Source: Vulcanimicrobiota bacterium
GTDB taxonomy: Bacteria; Vulcanimicrobiota; Vulcanimicrobiia; Vulcanimicrobiales; Vulcanimicrobiaceae
NCBI GenBank assembly: GCA_963812155.1
Contig: CAWETW010000003.1
Coordinates: forward strand, 128,001 to 192,000
Direction of reading: 5' to 3'
Length of the DNA: 64,000 nt
Every line of letters starts with the position of its first letter. Position 1 is the first letter of the stretch. Of this stretch, positions 41,135 through 50,984 are shown piece by piece. The translations under genes and the position numbers were made by a program. The notes below the pieces were generated by a model, which saw only the letters and a list, made by a program, of their open reading frames with translations, ran no database searches and was not told the DNA's origin.

Positions 41135-42665
41135 CTACGGCTTATAGCCTGAGACTTGCGCTTCCGTGACGGCCGAGGCTTTGTTGTTGCCGAGCGAGCC
41201 GCGAATGTAGGTGATGACGTCGGCGACGTCGGCGTTGGAGAGGGTGCCTTTCCATGCCGGCATCTGCCCGTTGTACGTCGCGCCGTTGATGCTGATCGAG
41301 CCGTGCAATCCGTTGAGCACGATGCCGATGACTTTGTTCGGATCGCCGGTGACGGTCGGATTGTTGGCGAGCGGCGGGAACGCGCCGGGCAATCCTTGTC
41401 CCGTGGCGCCGTGACACGACGAACAGTTCGTTTGGAAAACCTTCGAACCGTTACCGGCACTGGCCGGCATCGCCGCTCCGCCGGACGCGGCGCCCGCTGA
41501 AGATGCGGCGCCGGTCGCACCCGCACCGGTGCTCGACGGCTCGCCCGTCATTGCGAGCACTTGCGCCTGCGTTGGCGAGGGCGGAGCCGCCGCCTGCTTC
41601 GCCATGACTTGCAGCTGCGCGAAGACCGAAAGTCCGACGATGACTAGCACCATAATCGTCGTCCCCCACAGGATGCCTTTGCGCGAACCGAAGGAGCGCG
41701 TGATGCTGCGATCGAGCCACGGAATGACCAATACGACGACGAGAAAGAGCGTCGGCACGATGATCGTCGCTATCAGTTCCATCGGCAAAGGAATCGGTCC
41801 GATTTTCAGTTCGGCCGGCACCAATCCGAGCAGGCCGAAGAGCGACAAGAAATACCACGCCGGATACGGGACGAACTGCGAGTTCGTCGGGTCGGCCTTT
41901 TGGTCTAAGAACGGCGGAAAGACGAGTGCGAGAAAGACGATCGACGATGAAGACGATGAACGAGACGGCCGCATCCATGAACATCTGATCCGGCCAGAAA
42001 CGCCCGATCTTGAGTTTGCGCGGATCGTCGACGACCGGTCCAGCCGAACCGTTGTGGCGGAAGATCGCCAAGTGCGCGCCGACCAGCGCGACGAGTGCCG
42101 CCGGCATCAGCCACACGTGCAGGCCGAAGAAGCGGTTGATCGTCGCCGTGCCCATCGTTCCGCCGCCTTGCGCGATGTTCTGCACGAGCGGTCCTGCGAT
42201 CGGCGCGAGCCCGGTGATGTTCAACGAGACTTGCGAAGCGAAATACGCGTCCATGTCCCACGGAAGCAGATATCCCGTGAGGCCGAGCACGAGCGTCACG
42301 AGCAGCAGCAGCACGCCGACCACCCATTGCAGTTCGCGCGGCGATTTGTACGCGCCCCAGATCAGCACTTGCAGCAGATGCAGAAAAACGAGCGCGATCA
42401 TCGCCGATGCGCCCCAATAGTGCACCGACAACAGGAAGTGCGTCCACGGGTTGAGATAGATCGCGCGGGTCGATTCCCATGCCGTGTCGGCCGACGGCGC
42501 GTAGAAGAACGTGAGGAAGATGCCGGTGACGATCTGAACGATCATCGCGAACAGCGTCGCGCTTCCGAAGACGTACCAATAACTCGCTCCTCCGGGGACG
42601 TCCTCGGTGAGGAAGTCGCGGGTCATCGACACGAAGCCGGTGCGCTTGTCGAGCCAGTTGAGCAT
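41135..42665 (-). CDS. Cytochrome b (bc complex) fused to C-terminal cytochrome c (frameshift near 41943)
   Basis: HYWGAS, FLHL, TGYLLPWD, RFFGLH, PAWYFL; C-terminal CSSCHG...GQMPAW. Confidence 0.85.
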
Positions 42666-42685
42666 CGCTGTTCTTCCTTATCCCC

Positions 42686-43363
42686 TTACGCTTGGTACGA
42701 GACGATAATGCGGTTGGGCGTATTGGGCTGGTACTGAATCCAGGTTACGTCCGCGGTACCGGTCTGCTCTCGCAAAGGAAGCGGATCGAGTCCGCGCGGC
42801 GCCGGGCCGGCGACGTGCGTGCCGTCGAAATTATATTGCGATCCGTGGCACGGGCATAGGAACTTGTTGGCGGCCGCACTCCAGTTGAAGCGGCAGCCGA
42901 GATGCGGGCAGATCGGGCTGAAAACAACGAAGCCGAAGTTGACCGCCGGGTAATCGACCTTGCCGCCCGCGACCTTGTAGATGTCGGGGCGCGCCGCCTG
43001 AAACTTCGCTTCGTCGATTTTGATGCCCCAGACGTATTCGTCGGCTTCCTTGGTGGGAAGGTAGCCGTCTTTATATTTCAGCGTGAAGGTCATCTTCACG
43101 GGTTTGGACGTCGCCTCGGCGAGCGCGTCGAGCTCGGTCTTGGTCAGCGGCGACCAACTGCCTTTTCCCTCCGTGCCGGCGGGCAAGAGCGATCCGACGA
43201 TCGGTACGGCCAGGACGATGCCGATGATTCCGCCGACCGTCATCGTCGCGTTCGCCATGAACGTGCGACGGCTCACCTCCAGCGGCGTTTCGGGCTGGTC
43301 GTAGGCACTCACGGCGTGGCGTCCGGCGCTGTGCGAAACGCCGGCGGCTCCTTCATTCGACAA
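42686..43363 (-). CDS. Rieske iron-sulfur subunit of the menaquinol-cytochrome c reductase
   Basis: Tat motif SRRTFM plus TM segment; CPHLGC, CPCHGS, GPAPRGL. Confidence 0.92.
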   Translation of the reverse strand: MSNEGAAGVSHSAGRHAVSAYDQPETPLEVSRRTFMANATMTVGGIIGIVLAVPIVGSLLPAGTEGKGSWSPLTKTELDALAEATSKPVKMTFTLKYKDGYLPTKEADEYVWGIKIDEAKFQAARPDIYKVAGGKVDYPAVNFGFVVFSPICPHLGCRFNWSAAANKFLCPCHGSQYNFDGTHVAGPAPRGLDPLPLREQTGTADVTWIQYQPNTPNRIIVSYQA

Positions 43364-43559
43364 TCTCGTTCTCCCGGGCAGGAACGGTTGACCGCCCCTT
43401 TCTCAGGATTGTAAAGCGAACCTTTAGGCAATTGCTGCGAAAAAAGTCCCGTGCGCCAAACATCCGAAGCTCCCAAGCCTGGCGGGCGGTCACGAAAGTC
43501 GCACGTGCAACGCCGTACCGGGCGCCGGCAGCGGCGCGGCGAGGCCGCCTGGCCGCGCG

Positions 43560-44444
43560 TTACATTTTGTAACTGTGGAGTCCGGATATCCAGATGTTCA
43601 CGCCGAGATAGCAGAAAATGATCGACGCGAATCCGATCATGCTGACCCAGTTCGTGCGCAAACCGCGCCACGCGTGCCGGGTGTGCAGATGCATGTATGC
43701 GAGGTAGATGATCCACGAGAAGAGCGCGGCCGTTTCTTTTGGATCCCACTGCCAATAGGCGCCCCACGCTTCTTTGGCCCACATCGCGCCGGTGATGATG
43801 CCGATCGAGATCAGCGGCAAACCGATCGCGACGGCGCGGTACACGATGGTGTCCAACTGCGCGAGACTCGGGAGCGCGTCGAGCCAGCCTCCGACGGAGC
43901 TGCCGGCGACGCTCTCGCCGGCGCCCGCGGCTGCGGTCGCAGGAACCATGCGGCTCTCTAACGCGCGCAGCGCGTAATACTTCAGCAGGTAGATGCCGGA
44001 AAAAACGAAGGCGACCAGGAACGCGGCGTACGACGAGACGACGAGCGGGACGTGGATCTTCGCCCAATACGATTGCAGCGACGGAACCGCCGGCATGGTG
44101 CCTTCGTTCCACGTCACGGCGTAGGCCAGAAAGACGGCGGCGATCGCGAGGACGAAACCGCCCGCAAACCACAGATCGTAACGGAACGCGAAGACGATGT
44201 AGATTGCGACCGCCATCGCCGCAAAGAGCGAAAGGGAACCGTACAGATTCAATAGCGGCCAGATGCCGGTGAGTTCGAAGCGCGCGATCAGCTGGGCAAA
44301 CTGCGCGACGCAGCCGATGATCGCCAGCGGCATGCCGAACAGCCGCAGCCACTCCTGGCGTGAAAAAAAGAAACCGAGCAGACCGAGGGCTGCGAGCACG
44401 TAGCACCCGAGCGCCGTGACCATGAGCACCTCGTCGAGCGACAT
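43560..44444 (-). CDS. ccsA: Cytochrome c biogenesis protein CcsA/ResC (system II)
   Basis: LQSYWAKIH, WAKEAWGAYWQWDPKET, GLHSY. Confidence 0.93.
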   Translation of the reverse strand: MSLDEVLMVTALGCYVLAALGLLGFFFSRQEWLRLFGMPLAIIGCVAQFAQLIARFELTGIWPLLNLYGSLSLFAAMAVAIYIVFAFRYDLWFAGGFVLAIAAVFLAYAVTWNEGTMPAVPSLQSYWAKIHVPLVVSSYAAFLVAFVFSGIYLLKYYALRALESRMVPATAAAGAGESVAGSSVGGWLDALPSLAQLDTIVYRAVAIGLPLISIGIITGAMWAKEAWGAYWQWDPKETAALFSWIIYLAYMHLHTRHAWRGLRTNWVSMIGFASIIFCYLGVNIWISGLHSYKM

Positions 44445-44472
44445 GTCCTTCTTTCTTGCGCGCGCAGCTAGT

Positions 44473-45855
44473 CTAGGTAGCCGGACGCCATTGCGGCCGG
44501 CCGGCCGCTCCGCCGTCCGGCGGTTGCTTCAACGCTACCACCAGCCGGCCGAACTCGTTCTCGAAAACGTCGTAACCCTTGACGGTCGTGGCGGCCATGC
44601 CGACGCGCGACCGGTTCGGCCCCGATTCGTCGACGCGCACGAAGAGGCGCGCCGGTAGAAAGTAAAACGAGACGATCAATCCGGCAAGCAGCACGAAGGC
44701 GCCGATTCCGACCAGCGGCACGCCCGGGTCGTAGCGATACTGAAAGCCGCTGTAGAGCACGTAGCGCTCCGGAATGACGCGCCATCCATTGCCCGCGTCG
44801 ATCCACGTGCGCACCGGAACGAGTGCCTCGCCCAAGGAGTTTCCGTTCTGTTCGACGCCGAGAACGACGCCCGGCGCGTTCACGCGCGGATCGGCCGACG
44901 GCATGCCGCTTTGCCGGTCGACCGTCGGTACGAACCGCTCGTAGACGACGCTGCGGCCCGTTCCCGGAACGTCGAAGGCGTCGCCTTCGAGCAGCGTGCG
45001 GGGCGCGGCGCCCGGAACCGGGCGGCCCTCGTGCTCGACGCGGAAGCGCATCCCGAATCCGTAACTCGCTTGATAGTAGAGCGTGCCGTCCACGTCGATC
45101 GGATGATTCACGCGCACGGTCTCGGCGCGGGCGATGCCGTCCTTTCCGGTTACCGTCACGTGCGAAACGTAGTCGACCGGTTGGTACACCATTCCGCTTT
45201 TCGTCATGATCGGCTCGATTTTGTATTGGAACGAATCGAGACGCACGACGGCGTGCGTTTGCGGGATCTCGACCGCTTGGCCGGTCAGCACGGCGGTCTC
45301 GCCCGAGAAACCGCGCGCCCAGTACAGCGTGGTGCCGGCGGCGACGATCACGAACCCGAGATGCGCGACCAGAACGCCGCGGCGTGCCCAGTTGTGCCGG
45401 TCGGCAAAACTCCACTCGACGCCGTCGAAGAGGCGTTCGCGCACGTGCCAGCCGCGCGCCGAAAGCGCGGCCGCGACCTGCGCGCGCACCGCGCCTGCAT
45501 CTCCTTCCGCGTCGAAGGTCGCGTTGAGCGGAATCTTGTCGATCTTCACCGCATGCAGCCGCGGAAGGCGCGCGGGAATCACGCGTTTGAACGTACAGAC
45601 CGCCAGCGACAGCAGAATGAGTCCGATAATGCCCACGTACCACGGCGAGTGATAGACGTTGTCGAAGTTCAGGCGAAGGATGGCGCGGGCGATCGGCGCG
45701 GCGTAGGATGCAAAATATTGCGACGGATCCTTGCCCTGATCGACCACGACGCCGACCAGCGTGAGCAATCCCCACACGACGAAAAGGCAAACCGCGAACA
45801 GCACGTTGCCGAACGTGCGAACGAACCGACCGTAGAGATCTGAAGCGATCGTCAC
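44473..45855 (-). CDS. resB: Cytochrome c biogenesis protein ResB/Ccs1
   Basis: NVYHSPWY, VCTFKR, VAHLG, RVNHP, YQASY, YDPG. Confidence 0.9.
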   Translation of the reverse strand: MTIASDLYGRFVRTFGNVLFAVCLFVVWGLLTLVGVVVDQGKDPSQYFASYAAPIARAILRLNFDNVYHSPWYVGIIGLILLSLAVCTFKRVIPARLPRLHAVKIDKIPLNATFDAEGDAGAVRAQVAAALSARGWHVRERLFDGVEWSFADRHNWARRGVLVAHLGFVIVAAGTTLYWARGFSGETAVLTGQAVEIPQTHAVVRLDSFQYKIEPIMTKSGMVYQPVDYVSHVTVTGKDGIARAETVRVNHPIDVDGTLYYQASYGFGMRFRVEHEGRPVPGAAPRTLLEGDAFDVPGTGRSVVYERFVPTVDRQSGMPSADPRVNAPGVVLGVEQNGNSLGEALVPVRTWIDAGNGWRVIPERYVLYSGFQYRYDPGVPLVGIGAFVLLAGLIVSFYFLPARLFVRVDESGPNRSRVGMAATTVKGYDVFENEFGRLVVALKQPPDGGAAGRPQWRPAT

Positions 45856-46628
45856 GAAGCCGCGCCGGCGCGCCGCCACGCGCGCTCGAGCGGTACGATG
45901 ATCCAAATGGAGGCTTCGTACAGCACGTACATCGGCACGGCGAGCATCGCCATCGTCAACGGATTACCATCGGGTGCGGCGATGCCGCCGGCCACGAAGA
46001 AGCCGAAAATTGCGTGACGGCGGTAACGCATCAGCGTGGCAGCGCTGACGATTCCCAAGCGCGCGAGACCGATCAGCACGATCGGCGTTTGGAAGACGAT
46101 TGCGAACAGCGCGAGCAGAATGATGACGAAGTTCAGCGTCGACGCGATGCCGAAGGTCGGCGTCGCGACCGCATCGGTGATGTGCAGCAGCGCCGCGATC
46201 ACGCGCGGGATGACGACGAAATGGGCGAATGCGAGGCCGGCCAGCGCCAGCAGCAGCGACGGGAAGACGAAGGCGTATACCATGCGCCGCGTTCGCGGAT
46301 GAATCGCCGGGACGACGAAAAGCCACAGTTGCAGGAGCAGGATCGGAAGCCCCAATACGATGCCGCCGACGATCGAGAGTTTGAACTCCGTGAAGATGAC
46401 GTCGGCCGGTCCGAACGCGTGCAGTTGGATGCCGTGAAAATATTCGTCCATCATCCAGCGGATGATGAACTGCGACGGCCAGAAGATCAGCACCGCGATC
46501 GCCCCGACGGTTGCGATCGAGATCAAGAGACGGCTACGGAGCTCCCGCAGGTGCTCCGTAAACGGCATCTCTTTCTGATCCCACGGCGATTCCTCGCCGG
46601 CGCGCGCCGGGGGATTCTGCAGCAACAC
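45852..46628 (-). CDS. tatC: Twin-arginine translocase subunit TatC
   Basis: MPFTEHLRELRSRL, QLWLFVVPA, FQTP, LYEAS. Confidence 0.93.
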   Translation of the reverse strand: MLLQNPPARAGEESPWDQKEMPFTEHLRELRSRLLISIATVGAIAVLIFWPSQFIIRWMMDEYFHGIQLHAFGPADVIFTEFKLSIVGGIVLGLPILLLQLWLFVVPAIHPRTRRMVYAFVFPSLLLALAGLAFAHFVVIPRVIAALLHITDAVATPTFGIASTLNFVIILLALFAIVFQTPIVLIGLARLGIVSAATLMRYRRHAIFGFFVAGGIAAPDGNPLTMAMLAVPMYVLYEASIWIIVPLERAWRRAGAAS

Positions 46629-46644
46629 GTGTGAGGCGCGAATG

Positions 46645-46947
46645 CTAGGAGCTGAGCGTGCCCTTACCCGGCGTCGGCGGCGGCACGGCGTCGCCGGTCA
46701 TCGATCCGGTTTCGACGTTGTTCATGAGATCGGCGTGCTGCTCGGCGTTGCGCCTGGCAGCTTCTTCGCGCGCGCGAATGGTGGCTTCGTCGGCCTCCAT
46801 TTGTCCCATCACGAACTCTTTCTTCGCTTGGCCGGCGCTGCGGGCGAGTTTCGGCAGCTTGTCGGCGCCGAAGAGGAGCGCGGCGACGACCAGGATACCG
46901 ATGATGATCGGTGCGTCGATGATCGCGAGCAGTGGGTGAATCGTCAT
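46645..46947 (-). CDS. tatA: Twin-arginine translocase subunit TatA
   Basis: TM segment plus LLFGADKLPKLARSAGQAKKEF; AAGGAG SD. Confidence 0.9.
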   Translation of the reverse strand: MTIHPLLAIIDAPIIIGILVVAALLFGADKLPKLARSAGQAKKEFVMGQMEADEATIRAREEAARRNAEQHADLMNNVETGSMTGDAVPPPTPGKGTLSS

Positions 46948-46971
46948 CTCAAGAGTCTCCTTGTTGTGACC

Positions 46972-47919
46972 CTACTCGTCGAGCAGGGCGTCTGCGAGCC
47001 GCGCCAGTTCTTCCTTCGCCGCGCCGCCCGCCAGGGGCTCTAGCGCCGCTTTCGCGCGTTCCGCGAAGCGGGCGATGTGCGCCCGGGTTGCGGCCAGGCC
47101 GCCGTGGCGTTCGATTCCTCCGGCAATCGCCGGAATTCCGTCGTTGGCGCTCCCGTCGTAAAAACGACGGACCTCGGTCCGAAAGTTTCCGTTCCCCGTC
47201 GCCAGCGCCTCGATGAGCGGAATGGTGACCTTGCGCTCGGTCAAATCGTTACCGACCGGTTTGCCGAGCGAGCGTTCGTCCGCAACGAGGTCGAGCAGAT
47301 CGTCCTTCATCTGAAACGCGATGCCGAAGGCCTCGCCGTACGCACGCAAGCCGTCGATCTCGCTCGAATCCCCGCCGCCCATGATTGCGCCGCATTCGGC
47401 CGATGCCGCAAACAGCGAAGCGGTCTTCTTGCGCGCGATTTCGACGTACGCGTCGGTTGTGAGGTCCAGATCGCCAAGCGCACGCAGCTGCAGTACTTCG
47501 CCGTCGCAGATGTCGGCCAGCGTCGCGGAGAGCACGTGCGGAACCGGATGCGGATAGTTCAGCGTGACGTTTTTGAAAATCCATGCGAAGAGATAGTCGC
47601 CCGCGAGAACGCTCACGCGGTTTCCGTAGTCGACGGCCGTCGCATTCACGCCGCGCCGCGTGGACGCATTGTCGACGACGTCGTCGTGAATCAGCGTCGC
47701 GACGTGGATCAGCTCCATGTAGGCCGCGAGATGAAGATGATCGAGGGCATTTCCGCCGCAGGCGTCGACCGCGAGCAGCGTCACGCGCGGCCGCAGCCGC
47801 TTTCCTCCCGCGGCCAGCATTCGGCGCACCGCCTCGGTAATCAGCGGGTTGTCGGTCGAGAACGTCGAGGCGAAGAACGACTCGACGGTCGCGCGCAAGT
47901 CGCTTACGGCGTCGCGCAC
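46972..47919 (-). CDS. Polyprenyl diphosphate synthase (HepT/IspB-like)
   Basis: GGKRLRP, ELIHVATLIHDDVVD, RRG, KTASLF, FQMKDDLLD. Confidence 0.92.
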   Translation of the reverse strand: MRDAVSDLRATVESFFASTFSTDNPLITEAVRRMLAAGGKRLRPRVTLLAVDACGGNALDHLHLAAYMELIHVATLIHDDVVDNASTRRGVNATAVDYGNRVSVLAGDYLFAWIFKNVTLNYPHPVPHVLSATLADICDGEVLQLRALGDLDLTTDAYVEIARKKTASLFAASAECGAIMGGGDSSEIDGLRAYGEAFGIAFQMKDDLLDLVADERSLGKPVGNDLTERKVTIPLIEALATGNGNFRTEVRRFYDGSANDGIPAIAGGIERHGGLAATRAHIARFAERAKAALEPLAGGAAKEELARLADALLDE

Positions 47920-48653
47920 GGTGAGGTTTCCTTGCTTCCGTAGTGAATCGCGATAGCGCCGCCCATGAGTGCGACGTACGCCGCATCGGCGAATCCGGCC
48001 CGCGCGAAGCGCTCGCGCAGTTCGACCGCGTTGGGATGGTGCGTAAGCGAACTCGGCAGGTATGAATACGCGCGGCGCGATCCGCCGACGTAACTGCCGA
48101 CCACCGGAACGATGCCGTAGAAGTAGACGTCGAACATGCGCTTCCAGAGTTTGTTCGGCGCCTTGCTGACGTCGAGGTTGACGAACCGTGCACCCGGGCG
48201 AAGCACGCGCAGAACTTCGCGGAGCACCGCATCGATGTCGACCACGTTGCGCAGGCTGAATCCCATCGTCGCGCCGTCGAAACTCGCATCCGGAAAGGGA
48301 AGTGCGATCGCGTCGGCCTCGACGAACGTCGCCGAACCCCGCGCCTGACGGGAGGCGCGTTCCTTCGCGCGTTCGAGCATCGGCGCGCAGAAGTCGGCAC
48401 CGGTGACGTTGAGGCTCGGATCTACCCGCAGAAGATGAAAGACGAGATCGCCGGTACCGCAGCAGAGATCGAGAATGCTCCCGCCGGCCGGCGGCGCCAG
48501 CAGGGTAATGGCGCGCCTTCGCCAGCGTTCGTCGAAGCCGGCGGTTAGGACGCGGTTGGCGGTATCGTAGCGCGGGGCGATCTGCGCGAACATCTCGCGC
48601 ACGAACGCTCCCTTGTCGCCGCTCGGCTCCTCGCCGATCGGGGTGGAACTCAC
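47904..48653 (-). CDS. menG: Demethylmenaquinone methyltransferase (UbiE/MenG)
   Basis: MFAQIAPRYD, LDLCCGTGD, LPFPDASFD, LRNV, YSYLPSS. Confidence 0.9.
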   Translation of the reverse strand: MSSTPIGEEPSGDKGAFVREMFAQIAPRYDTANRVLTAGFDERWRRRAITLLAPPAGGSILDLCCGTGDLVFHLLRVDPSLNVTGADFCAPMLERAKERASRQARGSATFVEADAIALPFPDASFDGATMGFSLRNVVDIDAVLREVLRVLRPGARFVNLDVSKAPNKLWKRMFDVYFYGIVPVVGSYVGGSRRAYSYLPSSLTHHPNAVELRERFARAGFADAAYVALMGGAIAIHYGSKETSPCATP

Positions 48654-48660
48654 GGTCCCC

Positions 48661-49611
48661 GTGCTTTCCAGCGCCCCAAGGGCTCTCCTGGCGCACCCCT
48701 TGCCGGCCGCAGCGACGGTCGGGATTGCACGCCCGATGATTCGACCGGCCACCAGCGGCGAGGTTGCGGCGGCCGTCCGCAGCGCGCGCCGGGTCGACGT
48801 GCTTGCCTACACCCTGCAGCACGGTCCGCTGCTCGACGCCCTCGAGTCGGTCGCGTTACGCGGCGCGGCCGTGCGCGTCCGCCTGGAAGGCGCGCCGTTC
48901 GGCACCACCGCCGGCAGCTTCGCCCGATACAACCGCGCCATCGTCCGCGAACTGCGGCGGTGCGGCGCCGACGCGCGCCTCGCTCGCGCGACGCCCGCCG
49001 CGCGCGACGAGCCGCCGGTGCACGCCAAAGCGCTCGTTGCCGACGGTCAACTCTTTCTCGACGATCGTAACTGGGGAAAGAACGACTTCATCGTTGCCGA
49101 TTCCGATCCGAACGCCGCGGCAGAAGTTGCCGGCGCGATCGGGGGCGGCATGCCGCGCGACTCCAGCGGCGCACCGTTTGCACTCTCGAAGTCGGGCGCG
49201 TTACGGCGCGAAGCCGAGTTGCTGCGCGCCGCGCGAACCGGCGACGCCGTCGTTGTCGAAAGCGAATCCTTCGGCGCCGGTAATCCCGTCTACGCGGCGC
49301 TCGACGAGCTCGCGCGTAAGGGCGGCAAACCGCGGCTGCTCGTGTCGGCACGTGAGGCTCGGGGCGCCTCCGAGCACGGCGCGCTGGCGAAACTCGCGCG
49401 CGACGGCGCCGTCGTGCGGGTCACGAGCGCGACGGAAAAGTTCGCACTCGCCGGCGCGAACGCGTGGCTTGGTTCGGCGAATGCATCGTTGGCGTTCGGC
49501 AAGTTCGATATGCTCGATTGGGGTGTCTGCACGAACGATGCCGCGACCGTCGCCGCTGCCCGGGCGCGCGTCGAAGGCCGCTGGTCGGCCGCTAAACCGC
49601 TTTCGCCCTGA
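48661..49611 (+). CDS. Phospholipase D-like protein with one intact and one degenerate HKD motif
   Basis: VHAKALVAD (HxKx4D); second half TEKFALAG...WLGSAN. Start is uncertain. Confidence 0.65.
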   Translation: MLSSAPRALLAHPLPAAATVGIARPMIRPATSGEVAAAVRSARRVDVLAYTLQHGPLLDALESVALRGAAVRVRLEGAPFGTTAGSFARYNRAIVRELRRCGADARLARATPAARDEPPVHAKALVADGQLFLDDRNWGKNDFIVADSDPNAAAEVAGAIGGGMPRDSSGAPFALSKSGALRREAELLRAARTGDAVVVESESFGAGNPVYAALDELARKGGKPRLLVSAREARGASEHGALAKLARDGAVVRVTSATEKFALAGANAWLGSANASLAFGKFDMLDWGVCTNDAATVAAARARVEGRWSAAKPLSP

Positions 49612-49642
49612 TGCGCCGGCGCGACGGGAGCCTGCGCCTTCG

Positions 49643-50101
49643 CTAGTTCGCGGGGCGCGCGACGTGCCAGTGGCCGCCGGCGAAGGCAATGCCGTCGCCG
49701 TTGTTTTGATCGGCGCCCGAATCGCCCGCGAACGTATAGAGTGGATGGTTCCTATAGTCCCACTGCTCGCCGGTTCCGTCGGCACGCGTGACGACCGTGA
49801 AGTCGCCTTGCGCTTGTGCACCCGCGTTCGGCACGAGCGCAATCCATGTGTTGAGGCAGCCTCCGGTGCATTTGCTGCCCGTCGGCGTATCGACGTCAAG
49901 AAAGTAGAGCGTACGATTACTTGTCGAGGCCACGAACGCGGGGCTCCCCGCGACGCTTTGTTTTATCGGAACGTTCGACTGCGGGGCCGCCGTCGGCGGA
50001 ACTCCGCCGTAACCGCCGCCGGCCGCTCCTCCACCGCTGCCCCCGCCGCACGCGCTCAGCGTTACGATAGCGAGCATCGTTCCAAGATGTTTAACGAACA
50101 T
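49643..50101 (-). CDS. Lipoprotein with Y-X4-D repeats (COG4315-like)
   Basis: LSAC lipobox; TLYFLDVD, CTGGCLNTW, PLYTFAGD, GDG. Confidence 0.85.
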   Translation of the reverse strand: MFVKHLGTMLAIVTLSACGGGSGGGAAGGGYGGVPPTAAPQSNVPIKQSVAGSPAFVASTSNRTLYFLDVDTPTGSKCTGGCLNTWIALVPNAGAQAQGDFTVVTRADGTGEQWDYRNHPLYTFAGDSGADQNNGDGIAFAGGHWHVARPAN

Positions 50102-50213
50102 GTTTCGCGTTTGTCCTTCTCGGAGCAGAAAGAGCTCCGCCGGTAAACACGATACGCGGCATGCGTGAAAGAAGTCTAAACGTTTCGATTCAGAGTTTTC
50201 TTACGTTTCGCGT

Positions 50214-50984
50214 TCAGCCGGCTTGCAAATCGAAGAGTCGTTCCGCGTTGCGATCGGTGATTGCTGCAATCTCCGCGACGCCGGTTTCCAACACTTCGGC
50301 AACCTTGGCAGCGACGTGCGTAACGAAGGCAGGCTCGTTGCGCTTGCCGCGCATCGGCACCGGCGCGAGATACGGACAGTCGGTTTCGAGGACGATCCAT
50401 TCCGCGCCGGTCGAGCGCACCGCGTCTCGCAATCCGTGCGCGTTGGCGAACGTCACGACGCCGCCGATTCCCAAGAGCAAACCGAACTCGCCCGTCAATC
50501 GCCGTGCCTCATCGGCCGTTCCCGTGAAGCAGTGAACGACGCCGCGCATTTCTGGAGCAAACTCGTCTTCCAGAGCCGCGCAAAAATCCTCGAACGCATC
50601 GCGCTGATGAAAAACGACCGGCAGCTGCCGTTCGCGCGCGAGCCGGATCTGCGCGCGCAGCACCGCGGCCTGCGCGTCGCGCGGACTGTGATCGTAATAG
50701 TAATCGAGGCCCGTCTCGCCGATCGCGACCACGACCTTGCGGTCGAGCAGCGGCGCAAATGCGCTCGCGAGGTCCGCGGGCGCATCCTTCGCTTCGTGCG
50801 GATGGATGCCGGCCGTCGCGCGCAAACCGAAGCGCTCCGCGGCTGCAATCGCACGCGCGCTGTCGGCGATATCGCAGCCGACGGTCACCAGGCGCCTTAC
50901 CCCGGCGGCGGTCGCACGCGCGATCGTTTCGGCGCGGTCGGCGTCGAACGCTGCGTCGTGGACGTGGCAGTGCGTATCGGTCAC
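50214..50984 (-). CDS. tatD: TatD family hydrolase
   Basis: DTHCH, GIHPH, AIGETGLDYY, HCFTG, LETDCPYLAP, NEP. Confidence 0.93.
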   Translation of the reverse strand: MTDTHCHVHDAAFDADRAETIARATAAGVRRLVTVGCDIADSARAIAAAERFGLRATAGIHPHEAKDAPADLASAFAPLLDRKVVVAIGETGLDYYYDHSPRDAQAAVLRAQIRLARERQLPVVFHQRDAFEDFCAALEDEFAPEMRGVVHCFTGTADEARRLTGEFGLLLGIGGVVTFANAHGLRDAVRSTGAEWIVLETDCPYLAPVPMRGKRNEPAFVTHVAAKVAEVLETGVAEIAAITDRNAERLFDLQAG

